Shown: positions 28,235 to 38,386 of the stretch, one piece after another
Layout: every line of letters begins with the position of its first letter
Numbering within the stretch: position 1 is the stretch's first letter
The notes under the pieces: model-generated
Databases searched by the model: none
Told to the model about the DNA's origin: nothing
What the model saw: only the letters and a program-made list of their open reading frames with translations
NCBI GenBank assembly: GCA_965649295.1
Contig: CBFGKH010000002.1
Location: 64,001-128,000 of the forward strand
DNA from: a candidate division WOR-3 bacterium
GTDB lineage: Bacteria > Hydrothermota > Tepidihabitantia > Tepidihabitantales > Tepidihabitantaceae
DNA: 64,000 bases
Reading direction: 5' to 3'
Made by a program: the position numbers and the translations under genes

Positions 28235-30882
28235 GCGCGGCGGCGACTACCCAAGAGTTTGCGCAGTTCGTCAACCAGCAGGATTGAACCAGCCAGGGCG
28301 ACGATGCGCAGCCAGTCGGCCAGGCCGAGCGGGACAGTGCCGAAGACTGCCGGGCCAATAGGCGTGTAGATGACCAGCAGTTGCAGCAAGACCGCAATGA
28401 TGATGCCCGCGGCCAGCGAACGATTGCCAGCAAGACCGATGGTGAATATCGAACGGTCGGCGGAGCGCATGGTCAGGGCCTGAAACCACTGAAACGCGGC
28501 CAGCGTGGTAAAGGCAATGGTGCGGGCGTGGGCAAGTGGGCGTGTCTGCCGGTCGAGTAGGAACTGGATGAATGTTCCGGCGGCCATGGTCAGGGCAAGC
28601 AGGGCAATTCGGCCGAGCATTGGCCTGCTAATCAGCCGTTCCCGGGGCGAGCGCGGCGGCTCGGCGAGCGCGCTGCCGTGGCCGGGTTCAACGCCGAGCG
28701 GAACCGTGCAGGCACCATCGGTCACGAGATTGACCCAGAGCACCATCACCGGCGTCAGCGGTTTGTCTAGCCCAGCAATGATGCAGGCAACAAAGGTCAG
28801 CATCTCACCGAGACTGGTGGCAACGAGATAGGTCACGACGCGACGGATGTTGCGGAAGATGATGCGGCCTTCTTCGATTGCCCGGACAATCGTCGCGAAG
28901 TTATCATCAAGCAGCACCATATCGGCCGCTTCTTTGGCGACCTCAGTGCCTGCCCCACCCATCGCAATGCCGATGTCGGCTGCCTTCAGAGCCGGCGCGT
29001 CATTGACGCCGTCACCAGTCATCGCCACAACCTCACCCTGACGGGTGAGTGCGTTCAGAACTCGCAGTTTGTGAGTCGGGCTGACCCGGGCAAAGACTGA
29101 CACCGAACCCAGTCGCCGGACCAGTTCTTCGTCAGACAACGCGTCGAGCTCGCTGCCGGCGATGACACCGGCGCGGCTGCGGACGATGCCGGTCTGCTGG
29201 CCGATGGCAGCCGCAGTCTGGACGTGGTCACCAGTGAGCATCAGCACCCGAATCCCAGCATTCTGCGCTGCCCGTACTGCCGCCTGAGCCTCGGGTCGCA
29301 GCGGGTCGGCCATTCCCCAAAGTCCAAGCAGTACGAAATCGGAGCCGAGGTTCTCGCCGTCAAGGCGGTCGGTGTCGGGCGCGACTTCCTGCACCGCGGC
29401 TGCCACCACGCGCAAGGCATTGGCGGCGAGCTGCTCGACCGTGTCGCGAATCTCCCAGCAGAGCTCGTCGGTAAGCTCAACTCTCCTGCTGTCCGGGCCG
29501 GCAAGATAGCGGCAGCGGTTGAGAACTCTTTCCGGTGCACCCTTGAGGTAGATGCGTCGGCCCGTGTCCGACCCAACCAGCACAGCCATGAACTTGCGGC
29601 TGCTGGAGAAAGGTATCTCGGCGATGCGCGGCAGCGCGGCCCGGGCCGCGGCGATGTCAATGCCGCAGGTAAGTGCTGCGTTGAGGATTGCCCGTTCGGT
29701 CGGCGTGCCCTCAAGGCGGCCATCCGGGCCGACAATCGTCGCATCGCTGGCAAGTGCACCGGCCAGAAGCAGGTCGCGGACAGGACCAACCGCTTCAACT
29801 GGAACACTCACTTCAGTCCCGGCAACCCAGAGCCGAGTCACGGTCATCTCGTTGCGGGTCAGGGTACCGGTTTTGTCAGTGCAGATGACCGTGGTCGAGC
29901 CAAGCGTCTCGACTGCCGGCAGGCGGCGGATTACCGCGTTACGTTGAGCCATCCGGCGAACACCAAGGGCTAGCGTGACGCTGACCGCAGCCGGTAGGCC
30001 GGCTGGCACCGATGATACTGCGGCGGCGACCGCAAAGAGAAGCATCTCGCCGGTCGGGTAGCCGCGCAACAGACCGAGCGCGAAAAGTACGGCGCCGAGC
30101 GAGACCGCGACGATGCCGAGGGTGGTGCCGAGGTTGTTGATGCGCTGCTGGAGTGGGGTTAGTGGTCGTCGTGTCGCCCGCATCTGGGCGGCGATGCTGC
30201 CGAGCGTCGTCTCCATCCCGGTTGCGACGACGACCGCTGCTGCCCGGCCGCCGGTTACGACGGTCGAGAGCCAGACCATATTCAGTCGGTCAGCAAGCTC
30301 GGTAGCGACAGGGAGGGGTTCTGGATTCTTGGCAACCGGCTCGGACTCGCCGGTCAGGGCTGCTTCGTCCACCTGCAGTTCTTCGGTCCAGAGCAGTCGG
30401 GCATCGGCTGCCACTCGGTCGCCGGTCGCGAGTTGGAGGATATCGCCGGGGACGACTTCGGTTGCCGGAATCAGAAGTGATTGGCCGGCACGGAGGACCC
30501 GGGCGCGGGGCGCAGCCAGCTTTTCGAGCGCGGCGAGGGCCTGTTCTGCTCGCCACTCCGATACGACACCCAGCGTAGTGTTGAGTACAACGACCACGGC
30601 AATTGCCGCGGCGTCAACCAGGTTGCCGCTGAGTAGTGATGCGGCGGCAGCAGCGAGCAGGACATAGCTGACCGGATTGTTGATGTGGTGCAGGGCCAGC
30701 CGAATAATGCTCGGTCGTTCTTCGGCAACAAGCTGATTGGGGCCGTGGCGGATGAGGAGTTCGGCTGCTACTGTCGGGTCGAGTCCTTGCGGGTTGGACT
30801 GGAGCCGGGCCAGCACGTCGTCGGCCGCGAGTGAGTGCCAGGGAGTAGGCTTGGTCTCATTCCGTGGCACTGGCTGGCTCAT
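28231..30882 (-). CDS. Cation-transporting P-type ATPase (P2A-like)
   Basis: LTGES, DKTGTLT, KGAPE, TGD and GDGVNDAPAL motifs. Confidence 0.95.
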   Translation of the reverse strand: MSQPVPRNETKPTPWHSLAADDVLARLQSNPQGLDPTVAAELLIRHGPNQLVAEERPSIIRLALHHINNPVSYVLLAAAAASLLSGNLVDAAAIAVVVVLNTTLGVVSEWRAEQALAALEKLAAPRARVLRAGQSLLIPATEVVPGDILQLATGDRVAADARLLWTEELQVDEAALTGESEPVAKNPEPLPVATELADRLNMVWLSTVVTGGRAAAVVVATGMETTLGSIAAQMRATRRPLTPLQQRINNLGTTLGIVAVSLGAVLFALGLLRGYPTGEMLLFAVAAAVSSVPAGLPAAVSVTLALGVRRMAQRNAVIRRLPAVETLGSTTVICTDKTGTLTRNEMTVTRLWVAGTEVSVPVEAVGPVRDLLLAGALASDATIVGPDGRLEGTPTERAILNAALTCGIDIAAARAALPRIAEIPFSSSRKFMAVLVGSDTGRRIYLKGAPERVLNRCRYLAGPDSRRVELTDELCWEIRDTVEQLAANALRVVAAAVQEVAPDTDRLDGENLGSDFVLLGLWGMADPLRPEAQAAVRAAQNAGIRVLMLTGDHVQTAAAIGQQTGIVRSRAGVIAGSELDALSDEELVRRLGSVSVFARVSPTHKLRVLNALTRQGEVVAMTGDGVNDAPALKAADIGIAMGGAGTEVAKEAADMVLLDDNFATIVRAIEEGRIIFRNIRRVVTYLVATSLGEMLTFVACIIAGLDKPLTPVMVLWVNLVTDGACTVPLGVEPGHGSALAEPPRSPRERLISRPMLGRIALLALTMAAGTFIQFLLDRQTRPLAHARTIAFTTLAAFQWFQALTMRSADRSIFTIGLAGNRSLAAGIIIAVLLQLLVIYTPIGPAVFGTVPLGLADWLRIVALAGSILLVDELRKLLGSRRRA

Positions 30883-30930
30883 GCCAGAGCATATTTGCCT
30901 TGATTAGCAAGGTCAAACCAGGGCGGTTGG

Positions 30931-32730
30931 CTAACGGCCCAACGGCCAAACCCGGAGTACCAGCAAGACAGTAGTAACCGTGGCGATAACACTCAAGGGC
31001 AGACCGCTTGGCCAGTAGTCGCCGAATCGGTATCCGCCCGGGCCGAGTACGAGCGTGTTCGACTGGTGGCCGATCGGGGTCAAGAAGGCACAGGAGGCGC
31101 TAACCGCGACGGTCATCAGGAATGGGTCGGGCGAGGCGCCGAACCCGATGGCAAGGTCGTAGGCGACCGGTGCCATCAATAGCGCAGCAGCCGCATTGTT
31201 GATGACGTTCGAGAGTAGCATCGTGGCGACAAAGAGTAGGGCGAGGGTTGCGGTTGGCGGCCAGGAGTGGCCGAGTACGAGCAGGCCGTGGGCAAGCAGC
31301 CGCGCCGCGCCACTGGTTTCGAGCGCTTGGCTCAGCGGAATCAGCGCCCCCAGCAGAACGATGACCGACCAATCAACCGCGTTGTACACCTCGCGTGGCG
31401 GCACGATGCCGGCGAGCACGTTCAATGCAGCAGCCAGCATCAGCGCGACAGCCGGCGAGAGCAAGCCGGTGAGGATGGCGACCAGGGCAGCGACAAAGAT
31501 AGCCAGGGCTAGAGTCAGGCGGCGCGGCTGGCCGACAGACAGACCGCGACTGACAAGCGGCAGGCAGCCGAGCTCGACTAAGCTGTCGGCTATCATTGCC
31601 TGGTCGCCCTGGAGTAGCAGGACGTCGCCGGCCTCGAACCGAATTTGACTAAGGCGTTGGTTCAGGCGGGAGCCGTCGCGGGCGACTGCCAGTAGATTGA
31701 GGCCGTGGCGGTCGAGTAAGGCCAGGTCGCCCGCAGTGCGGCCGACAAGTTGCGAGCCAGGTCGGACAACCGCCTCGGCGATATCGATGCCGGCGATATC
31801 GCTCAGCTTGCCGGTGAATCGTCTGCTTCCAATCTGTAGTCCGGTTCGCGCAACGAGGTCCTGCAGTTCCTCTGGTTCGGTCTCGACCAGCAGGGTGTCG
31901 CCTGGCATCAGGCGATCGTTGAAGGTGTGGGGCGGTTGATTGATGCCGTTACGCACGATCGCGACCAACGGCACTGGTTCACCGTAGGCTTGCCGTAGCT
32001 GGGTGATGGTCCAGCCTACGGCCTTTGAGTCGACCAGCACCGTAAGCTCGCTCAGATAGCGGCTGGTCTCAAACAGGTCCTCGGCGCTGCGGCGGCTGCG
32101 GCGGCGCGGAATCAGTCGCCAGCCGATTAGGGCAAGATAGAGAATGCCGGCCAGGGCCACGCCGCCACCGACCGGTAGGAAAGCGAACATGCCGAAACCG
32201 GAGCCAATCCGTTCAGCCCGGAATGTCGAGATGATAATGTTGGCTGGTGTGCCAATCAGTGTCAGCAGGCCACCGAGTAGTGAGCCAAACGCCAGCGGCA
32301 TCAAGAGCTGGGATGCAGGCTGGTTACGGTCGCGGGCCAGCTTCATCGCTGCTGGCATCAGCAGGGCGAGAGCGCCGACGTTATTCATGAAAGCGGAGAG
32401 AATGGCAATTGCAGTAGTCAGGGCACCGACCTGCAGGGTTACGCTGCGGCCAATCCTGGCCAACTGTCGTGTCAGCAAGGAGACAACGCCGGCAAGTTGC
32501 AGCCCACGGCTGAGGACAAGGACAGCAGCGACCGTTATCACTGCCGGGTGACCGAACCCGAGAAACGCCTTGTTAGCCGGAACTGCGCCGGCGAGTACGG
32601 CGGCGAGCAGGGCCAGCAGGGCAACGACGTCGTAGCGCAGCCGGTTCCAGATGAAAGCGGCGAGGGTCAGCCCTAGTATCGCCAGGACGACAATCGCCCG
32701 GCCGACACCAAGCAGAGAGTCAGCAGCCAA
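30931..32730 (-). CDS. SLC13/CitMHS-type permease with two TrkA-C domains
   Basis: SAFMNN, LIGTPANII and FLTPIGHQSNTLV..PGGYRFGDY motifs. Confidence 0.9.
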   Translation of the reverse strand: MAADSLLGVGRAIVVLAILGLTLAAFIWNRLRYDVVALLALLAAVLAGAVPANKAFLGFGHPAVITVAAVLVLSRGLQLAGVVSLLTRQLARIGRSVTLQVGALTTAIAILSAFMNNVGALALLMPAAMKLARDRNQPASQLLMPLAFGSLLGGLLTLIGTPANIIISTFRAERIGSGFGMFAFLPVGGGVALAGILYLALIGWRLIPRRRSRRSAEDLFETSRYLSELTVLVDSKAVGWTITQLRQAYGEPVPLVAIVRNGINQPPHTFNDRLMPGDTLLVETEPEELQDLVARTGLQIGSRRFTGKLSDIAGIDIAEAVVRPGSQLVGRTAGDLALLDRHGLNLLAVARDGSRLNQRLSQIRFEAGDVLLLQGDQAMIADSLVELGCLPLVSRGLSVGQPRRLTLALAIFVAALVAILTGLLSPAVALMLAAALNVLAGIVPPREVYNAVDWSVIVLLGALIPLSQALETSGAARLLAHGLLVLGHSWPPTATLALLFVATMLLSNVINNAAAALLMAPVAYDLAIGFGASPDPFLMTVAVSASCAFLTPIGHQSNTLVLGPGGYRFGDYWPSGLPLSVIATVTTVLLVLRVWPLGR

Positions 32731-32733
32731 CCG

Positions 32734-35442
32734 TTAGCGCCGCACGATTTTGGTTACGCCTGATCCGTGCCGAACAAGGTACACACCAGCAGCAAGGCCG
32801 GAGATGTCGTTGGGGCCAGGGCGAAGGTCGAGCACCTTGCGGCCGGTGGCGTCGAGCAGGGCGATTGGCGATTGCCAGTTGCAAGGTGCAAAGGGCAAGT
32901 TGAGGATGTTGCCGACGATGGTTGGACCGGCAAGAGAGCTGGTGGTGAGTGCTGAACCCTCTTCGATGCCGATGGCTTCGCCAAGGTCGGTGAGGATGCG
33001 GATTGCTGCCTGCCGGGCAGCACCGTCGTTCATATAGTAGAGCGGGAACCCAAGCAGCACGACGCGGCCCGGCTGACCAAGCCAGCGGATTCCGACCGGC
33101 TTATCCTGGAATGTGTCGCCGGCCGCGGAGTTGAAGGTGTAGATCGGTTCGGCGTCGCGCGGATAGGTAATCTCGACACCGGGCAGCCGGCCATGCTGGC
33201 TTGGAAACATCTTGGCTGAATCAGTGGCGAGGTCAGGGTAACCACTAGCGCCAGTCGCGCCGATGAAGCTGGCGGCTGCACAGAGACCGGCCTGGCCGAG
33301 GTGCAACCAGTCGTAGCCAAAGCTGCCAGGAGCGAACGTGACCGGGAAAGTTGGGTTGGGCGGCAGTATGCCGGTCAGCGGCTTCCAGCCAGAATACCAG
33401 AGTCGCCCGCCCTGGCTTAGGTAGTTGGCAAGGCCGTTGAGCGCCGGTCGAATCTGCTGCTGGGTGTAGTCATCGGCTATCCAGACAACGGTTGAATAGG
33501 GGCCGATATCGCCGGCCAGCGGCACAGCGCCGCGCTCGAGGCAGTCCCAGTCGGTATAGGTTGTGCCACGAAGGCAGTGGTGATAGAAAGCGTCCTGCTG
33601 GGCATCAGACGGGCTGCCGGGGTTGCCGCTGCCGTCGCGGGTCTCGTCAACGAGCAGGATGCCGTGGTCAAGGGTGATTGGTTTGGCGCGACCGTGGGCT
33701 GAGCTGTCGCTTTCAAGCCCCTGAGTATCAACGGCAGTGGCGTAGTAGTAGTACATCGTGTCAGCGAACAGTCCAGAATCGGTGTAGGTAGTGTCGGCCA
33801 GCAGGCCGGAATTGATGCGGATGAAACCGGTGCTGGCCTGGGTTGAGCGGTAGAGGTTGTAGCCGTCAATGTCAAGTTCCTGATTGGCCTGCCAGGTCAG
33901 CCGGTTGCCCCAGCGAATCGGCAGGACCGCAAAACCGGCTGGCGCGAGCGGTGTGGTGCCGGGTACAGCGGAGCGTTCGGGTGTTGGGAATCCTTCGCGG
34001 CCTGAAGAGTCAATGGCAACGCCGATTGCGTAGTAGCGGGTGCCGTTCACCAGCCCGGTTATGTCGTAGCTCGTGGTGTTGGGCAGAATAATCGAGTCGG
34101 TGTAGGTCTGAGATGTGGTGCCCCAAAGGAGCTTGTAGCCAACAACGTCAGCGGACGGACTTGGCCGCCAGCGAGCCGCGAGGCTGCCGCCAGTGCCATT
34201 GTCGCGCAGTTCGAAGCCGACCGGCGCTGCCGGAGCACTGCCGAGCGAGGCAGCAGTGGCAACAGCCATCCGGCAGACTTCGGCGGCGAGGTTGAAGTCG
34301 AGGTTGCCGATGGTGTCGGCAGTGGTGTGGTACCAGGGATAGAAGCTGCCATATTCGGCTCCGGCAGTTGCCGGATAGCCGAAATACATGAAAGCAATCT
34401 GATCACTGCCATACGAGCGCTGGTCAACCGAGCAGTCGAGGCCGGTGTAGGTTGCGGCCATGCGGGCCTCAAACTCGGCCAGCGGTTGGGACAGGGTGTC
34501 GCAATGGATACTGACCCCGAACTGGCCGCCCGGCCAGGCAATCATGTCGAAGTTGAGCGCGCCGACAACCGGCCGGCGCTGCAGGGCGAGCTTGCGGACA
34601 AAGTTGAAGCTGCCCCAGAGTCCTTGTTCTTCGCCGGAGAAGCCGATGAACATCACTGATGTCTCGAATCTCTCGCCCGCCAGGACTCGGGCGGCTTCGA
34701 TTGCCATAGCTGCACCAGAGGCGTTGTCTTCGGCGCCCGGGGCATAGGTGGTTGGGGTCTCGGACGTGCAGTCGAGGTGGCCGCAGACGATGACAAGCTG
34801 GTCTGGGTTCGTGGTACCGCGAATCATTCCGACCGCGTTGTAGAGGGTTTCACCCTGGGCAACATAGGGGTCGAGCGCAACTGAGTCAAGGCCAAGTCGG
34901 GTGAAGTAGTCGCAGATGTAGCGTTCGGCACTGCGGCAGGAGTCGGTGAAGGTGTAGCGGGTGCGGAAGTCAACCAGCCGTTGGATGTGGCTTCGCACCG
35001 AGTCAGGGCTGACCCGGCTCACCAGCCGGCCGATTAGGGTGTCCGGCCGCAAGGCCCGCGGATAAACCGGGGGTTCGGCAGCGGGCAGCGGAATCGGTTC
35101 GTCGGGGAGCTGGAACAGCTCGGCACCGGCAAGGCTGACCGCCTGGCGCTGGGCCGCATCAAGCTGCATCAGCAGGACGCGGCCATCCTGAAGAAGTATT
35201 GGGCCGATTTGGGCAATCGTTGGTTCGATTCCGGGTCGGTGGAGATAGACAATGTAGGTCGGCCGGTCCGGATTGAGCGCTAGCAATCGGCCAGTTGGGG
35301 CGTCTTCGAGGAGCAGGTAGCGGCCAACGCGACCAAAGTAGCGAACCGGTGATTGCGGAGCCGCATCGGCAATGACCAACTTCGTTGGCCGGGCAGCCAC
35401 TAAGGCCACGGCCGCAAGCACCATAAGCAGAATACGTTTCAA
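32734..35442 (-). CDS. Secreted M28 peptidase with FN3 domains and C-terminal sorting module
   Basis: GHLD, PGAEDNASG, SGEEQGLWGS, NFDMI and YHTTAD motifs; two FN3 domains; LLDATGRKV...GVY. Confidence 0.88.
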   Translation of the reverse strand: MKRILLMVLAAVALVAARPTKLVIADAAPQSPVRYFGRVGRYLLLEDAPTGRLLALNPDRPTYIVYLHRPGIEPTIAQIGPILLQDGRVLLMQLDAAQRQAVSLAGAELFQLPDEPIPLPAAEPPVYPRALRPDTLIGRLVSRVSPDSVRSHIQRLVDFRTRYTFTDSCRSAERYICDYFTRLGLDSVALDPYVAQGETLYNAVGMIRGTTNPDQLVIVCGHLDCTSETPTTYAPGAEDNASGAAMAIEAARVLAGERFETSVMFIGFSGEEQGLWGSFNFVRKLALQRRPVVGALNFDMIAWPGGQFGVSIHCDTLSQPLAEFEARMAATYTGLDCSVDQRSYGSDQIAFMYFGYPATAGAEYGSFYPWYHTTADTIGNLDFNLAAEVCRMAVATAASLGSAPAAPVGFELRDNGTGGSLAARWRPSPSADVVGYKLLWGTTSQTYTDSIILPNTTSYDITGLVNGTRYYAIGVAIDSSGREGFPTPERSAVPGTTPLAPAGFAVLPIRWGNRLTWQANQELDIDGYNLYRSTQASTGFIRINSGLLADTTYTDSGLFADTMYYYYATAVDTQGLESDSSAHGRAKPITLDHGILLVDETRDGSGNPGSPSDAQQDAFYHHCLRGTTYTDWDCLERGAVPLAGDIGPYSTVVWIADDYTQQQIRPALNGLANYLSQGGRLWYSGWKPLTGILPPNPTFPVTFAPGSFGYDWLHLGQAGLCAAASFIGATGASGYPDLATDSAKMFPSQHGRLPGVEITYPRDAEPIYTFNSAAGDTFQDKPVGIRWLGQPGRVVLLGFPLYYMNDGAARQAAIRILTDLGEAIGIEEGSALTTSSLAGPTIVGNILNLPFAPCNWQSPIALLDATGRKVLDLRPGPNDISGLAAGVYLVRHGSGVTKIVRR

Positions 35443-35457
35443 GTTCTCTTCCTCCAA

Positions 35458-36654
35458 TCAGCGGACAAGCAATAGCGAGCGGATGGCAGCAGTTTCGGGC
35501 AAGGCGAGGCGCAGAAAGTAGCTGCCACTGGGCAGGCTGGTCTCTGGCTGCCAGACGACTGTCCGGATGCCGCTCGGCTCGAACCGGCTGACCAGCCGCG
35601 AGACGAGCCGACCCTGGGCATCGTGGACAGTGAGACGAACCGGTCCTGGCTGACAGACCGAGTAGCGGATGAACACCCGGTCGCGCACCGGCGCGGGCGA
35701 GAGGGTGATTCTTGATTCGAGAAGGCCGCTGGCCGATTCATAGCAGCCGACTGGCGGCAGCAAGACCTCGACCGAATCGAAGACCGGGCTGCGGAGCACC
35801 GAGTCGCCATAGGTGAAGTTGTAGTTCCAGTCGCTTGAGTCGCCGTGCAGGTAGCGTTCGAGGAAGGCGGTCAGATGGCGACGGATAATCCGCTGCTGTT
35901 CGGCCCGGGTTATCGTGGCGGTGCCACCGTTCTCCCAGAAGTAAGAGTAGTCCATCACGTAGCCGTGATTGGCGCCGGTGATTACCGCAAAAGTGCCGGG
36001 CGGGTTGCCGCCCTGCCAGAACGCGGTTCGGACATCGTTCCATGGCGCGATATTGTCCACGCTGCCGGCCAAAACGAGCCGCGGCTGGAGAATGTGAGCC
36101 GGGTGGGTTGGCGGCGTTGTCTGAGGCGAGTGGATGGCCACGACAACGCGCAGGGTCTCGCGTAGGCCGAAGGTGTCGGCCGCGAGCATGGCCAGGCCGC
36201 CGCCCATCGAGTGGCCGGCAAATCCCCAGTTCCAGCGGTCGAGCCGGCGATAGAACCGGTCACCAGGAACTGTGTCAAGGCCGGCGGTGAAGCGGGCAGC
36301 GTCAATCATCAGCCGGGCTCGGGCATAGTGGTCAGGGACAATCAGCGGGTTGGAGATGGTCGGCAGCACGACAACATAGCCCCAGGACGCCAGGTGCCGG
36401 GCATAGCTGTAGTAGCGGTCAATGCCCATCTGCCAGCCGTGGCCGAACACGACAATCGGCGCGGGCACAGCTCGGCCCGGGAAGGTGCCGGCTGAGTCTG
36501 GAAAGTAGATGCGCGAGTTTTCCATCGTTTCGGTTGTGCCGGGAATGTCCTCGACCCGGAACGTGTCGGCATACGGGCCACGGGCAGCAAAATCAGGCTG
36601 CTGGGCAACAAGGACTGCTGCCAGCAGCAACAACGTCAATAGCAGGTGACGCAC
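35458..36654 (-). CDS. Secreted alpha/beta hydrolase (chlorophyllase/cutinase-like) with T9SS-type C-terminal domain
   Basis: RGPY, FGHG, LASWGYVV, GHSMGGG, GSVDNI and GANH motifs; SPAPVRD...GSYF tail. Confidence 0.82.
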   Translation of the reverse strand: MRHLLLTLLLLAAVLVAQQPDFAARGPYADTFRVEDIPGTTETMENSRIYFPDSAGTFPGRAVPAPIVVFGHGWQMGIDRYYSYARHLASWGYVVVLPTISNPLIVPDHYARARLMIDAARFTAGLDTVPGDRFYRRLDRWNWGFAGHSMGGGLAMLAADTFGLRETLRVVVAIHSPQTTPPTHPAHILQPRLVLAGSVDNIAPWNDVRTAFWQGGNPPGTFAVITGANHGYVMDYSYFWENGGTATITRAEQQRIIRRHLTAFLERYLHGDSSDWNYNFTYGDSVLRSPVFDSVEVLLPPVGCYESASGLLESRITLSPAPVRDRVFIRYSVCQPGPVRLTVHDAQGRLVSRLVSRFEPSGIRTVVWQPETSLPSGSYFLRLALPETAAIRSLLLVR

Positions 36655-36667
36655 AGCGCCTCCTTGG

Positions 36668-37405
36668 TTAGTAACGGTGCAGACCCCATTTGAGCAGGTT
36701 GATGCCGATGAATGTAAAGAGCATGGCCAAAAAGACGAGGACGTGCCAAGTAGCGGCCAGCTTGCGGCCCGGCCGAATGTGCACGAAGCCGAGCATCAAT
36801 GCCCAGGTGAAGAGGGCCCAGGACTCTTTTGGGTCCCAGGACCAGTAGCGGCCCCAGGATGAATCAGCCCAGGCCGCACCGGTGATGATGCCAGCGCCAA
36901 GCAGTAGCAGGCCGGCCAGGGCCAGCTTCAGTGGTACGGCAGGGTTGAAGTCGAGGCGGCGGTCAAAGAGATGGACGATGCTCCAGCCCAGGCCAGCAGC
37001 AAAGCAGCCATACCCGGCAAAGGCGGCAAGAATGTGCACCGAGAACCAGGGGCTGGCCAGAATCGGGTTCAGTTCAGTGCCCGGGTGAAACCCGACCGGC
37101 AGTAGGGCGGCGGCGAGGATGATGATGCCGAGGATGTCGGTGCCGAACTTCGGCCAGCGCTGACCGGTTATGAGATAGATAAGAAAACCGGTGCCGAAGA
37201 TGGCAAGCGAGAACAGGGCCATCGCCTCAAATCGTGAGGCAAAAGGCAGCACACCGGTCGCCAGGGTGCGCAGCACGGTGAAGAGCACCTGGAGAGCGAT
37301 GCCAAGGCCGGATAGCACAATTGTCGGGCCGCGGCGACTGGCCAGAATCGCGGCGGCGATGTGGGCAGCCAGCGCCAAATAGAGGAGAACGGGGCTACTG
37401 TTCAT
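36668..37405 (-). CDS. ccsA: Cytochrome c biogenesis protein (system II)
   Basis: GAAWADSSWGRYWSWDPKESW WWD motif; GLHRY. Confidence 0.9.
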   Translation of the reverse strand: MNSSPVLLYLALAAHIAAAILASRRGPTIVLSGLGIALQVLFTVLRTLATGVLPFASRFEAMALFSLAIFGTGFLIYLITGQRWPKFGTDILGIIILAAALLPVGFHPGTELNPILASPWFSVHILAAFAGYGCFAAGLGWSIVHLFDRRLDFNPAVPLKLALAGLLLLGAGIITGAAWADSSWGRYWSWDPKESWALFTWALMLGFVHIRPGRKLAATWHVLVFLAMLFTFIGINLLKWGLHRY

Positions 37406-38295
37406 TGCTGGGGACGGCGAAACAACTGGAACAAAAGACCAAGCAGGACAAGCCCGGCACCGGCAAAGATTGGTGGCCGATAGCGAGTGTCGTTGACCAC
37501 GAGAATCGCGCCGGGGTTGGCTGCGAACCTTGCTGACCGGAGCACCAGTCGGGTGCTGCCAACTGTGGCGGTGTCACCGATACCAAGCCAGAATCGCTCT
37601 CGACCATGGGCAAGACCGATCTTTTGCTCCTCCTGGTCATAGCCGAAGCTGTAGAGCGGCGGCCCTTGCGGAATCTCGACCTGCTGATTGTGGAGCAGCA
37701 GATACTCGGTTGAGTCAACCACCAGCTCGTATTCGGCTAAGAAACCGGGTTCGGTCAACTGGCCGAGCAGGATGCGGCGGCCAGCCGTAACCAGCGGCTG
37801 GTTGTAGGTGACACGATGGGTTCGGTCGTCAACCGCCAGCCGCACGACCGGCGCTGGTCGGAAGCCGCGCTGTTGCTGCTGCTCGATGCCCTGCAACTGG
37901 ACCGGCACCGGCAGTTCGGCAATCTGCCGCAGGTCATCGCGCAAAAAGAAGCCGGGCGAAGCAGCCCCCAGCTCAAGAAAGAGATAGCCGCTCTTACTCT
38001 GCTGGCCAGAAATCAGGACACCGGCCAGCAGCACCACCGGCCCAAAGTGCAGCAGGACCAGGCCCGGGTTGCGACGCAGTAGTGCCCGGACTGCCATTAT
38101 CAGCGCTAGGACGCCTGTCAAGATTGCTCCGGCGAGAAAGGCCGGCGAACCGGTCACTGCCGAAACCGATTCCGGTCCGAATAGTGAGGCGACCGCTGCC
38201 ACTCCGGAAAGTAACGCGGGCAGCAGGCCAACTATCGCTATTGCCTTGGAACTGGTCACGTCAACTGATTGTAGGCCATCTCCGGGTAAGTGCAA
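37402..38295 (-). CDS. Putative ResB/CcsB-like partner; start uncertain
   Basis: Three N-terminal TMs with LLHFG, periplasmic YNQPL, C-terminal TM; overlaps ccsA. Confidence 0.55.
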   Translation of the reverse strand: MHLPGDGLQSVDVTSSKAIAIVGLLPALLSGVAAVASLFGPESVSAVTGSPAFLAGAILTGVLALIMAVRALLRRNPGLVLLHFGPVVLLAGVLISGQQSKSGYLFLELGAASPGFFLRDDLRQIAELPVPVQLQGIEQQQQRGFRPAPVVRLAVDDRTHRVTYNQPLVTAGRRILLGQLTEPGFLAEYELVVDSTEYLLLHNQQVEIPQGPPLYSFGYDQEEQKIGLAHGRERFWLGIGDTATVGSTRLVLRSARFAANPGAILVVNDTRYRPPIFAGAGLVLLGLLFQLFRRPQQ

Positions 38296-38386
38296 ATCGT
38301 GGGCCGGCAGCGAGACTGTTCGGGTGATGCCGACAAGGGCGTCGGCATCGAGTATCAGGATTAGGCCGGAGCCGGGCTAGTAGGGG

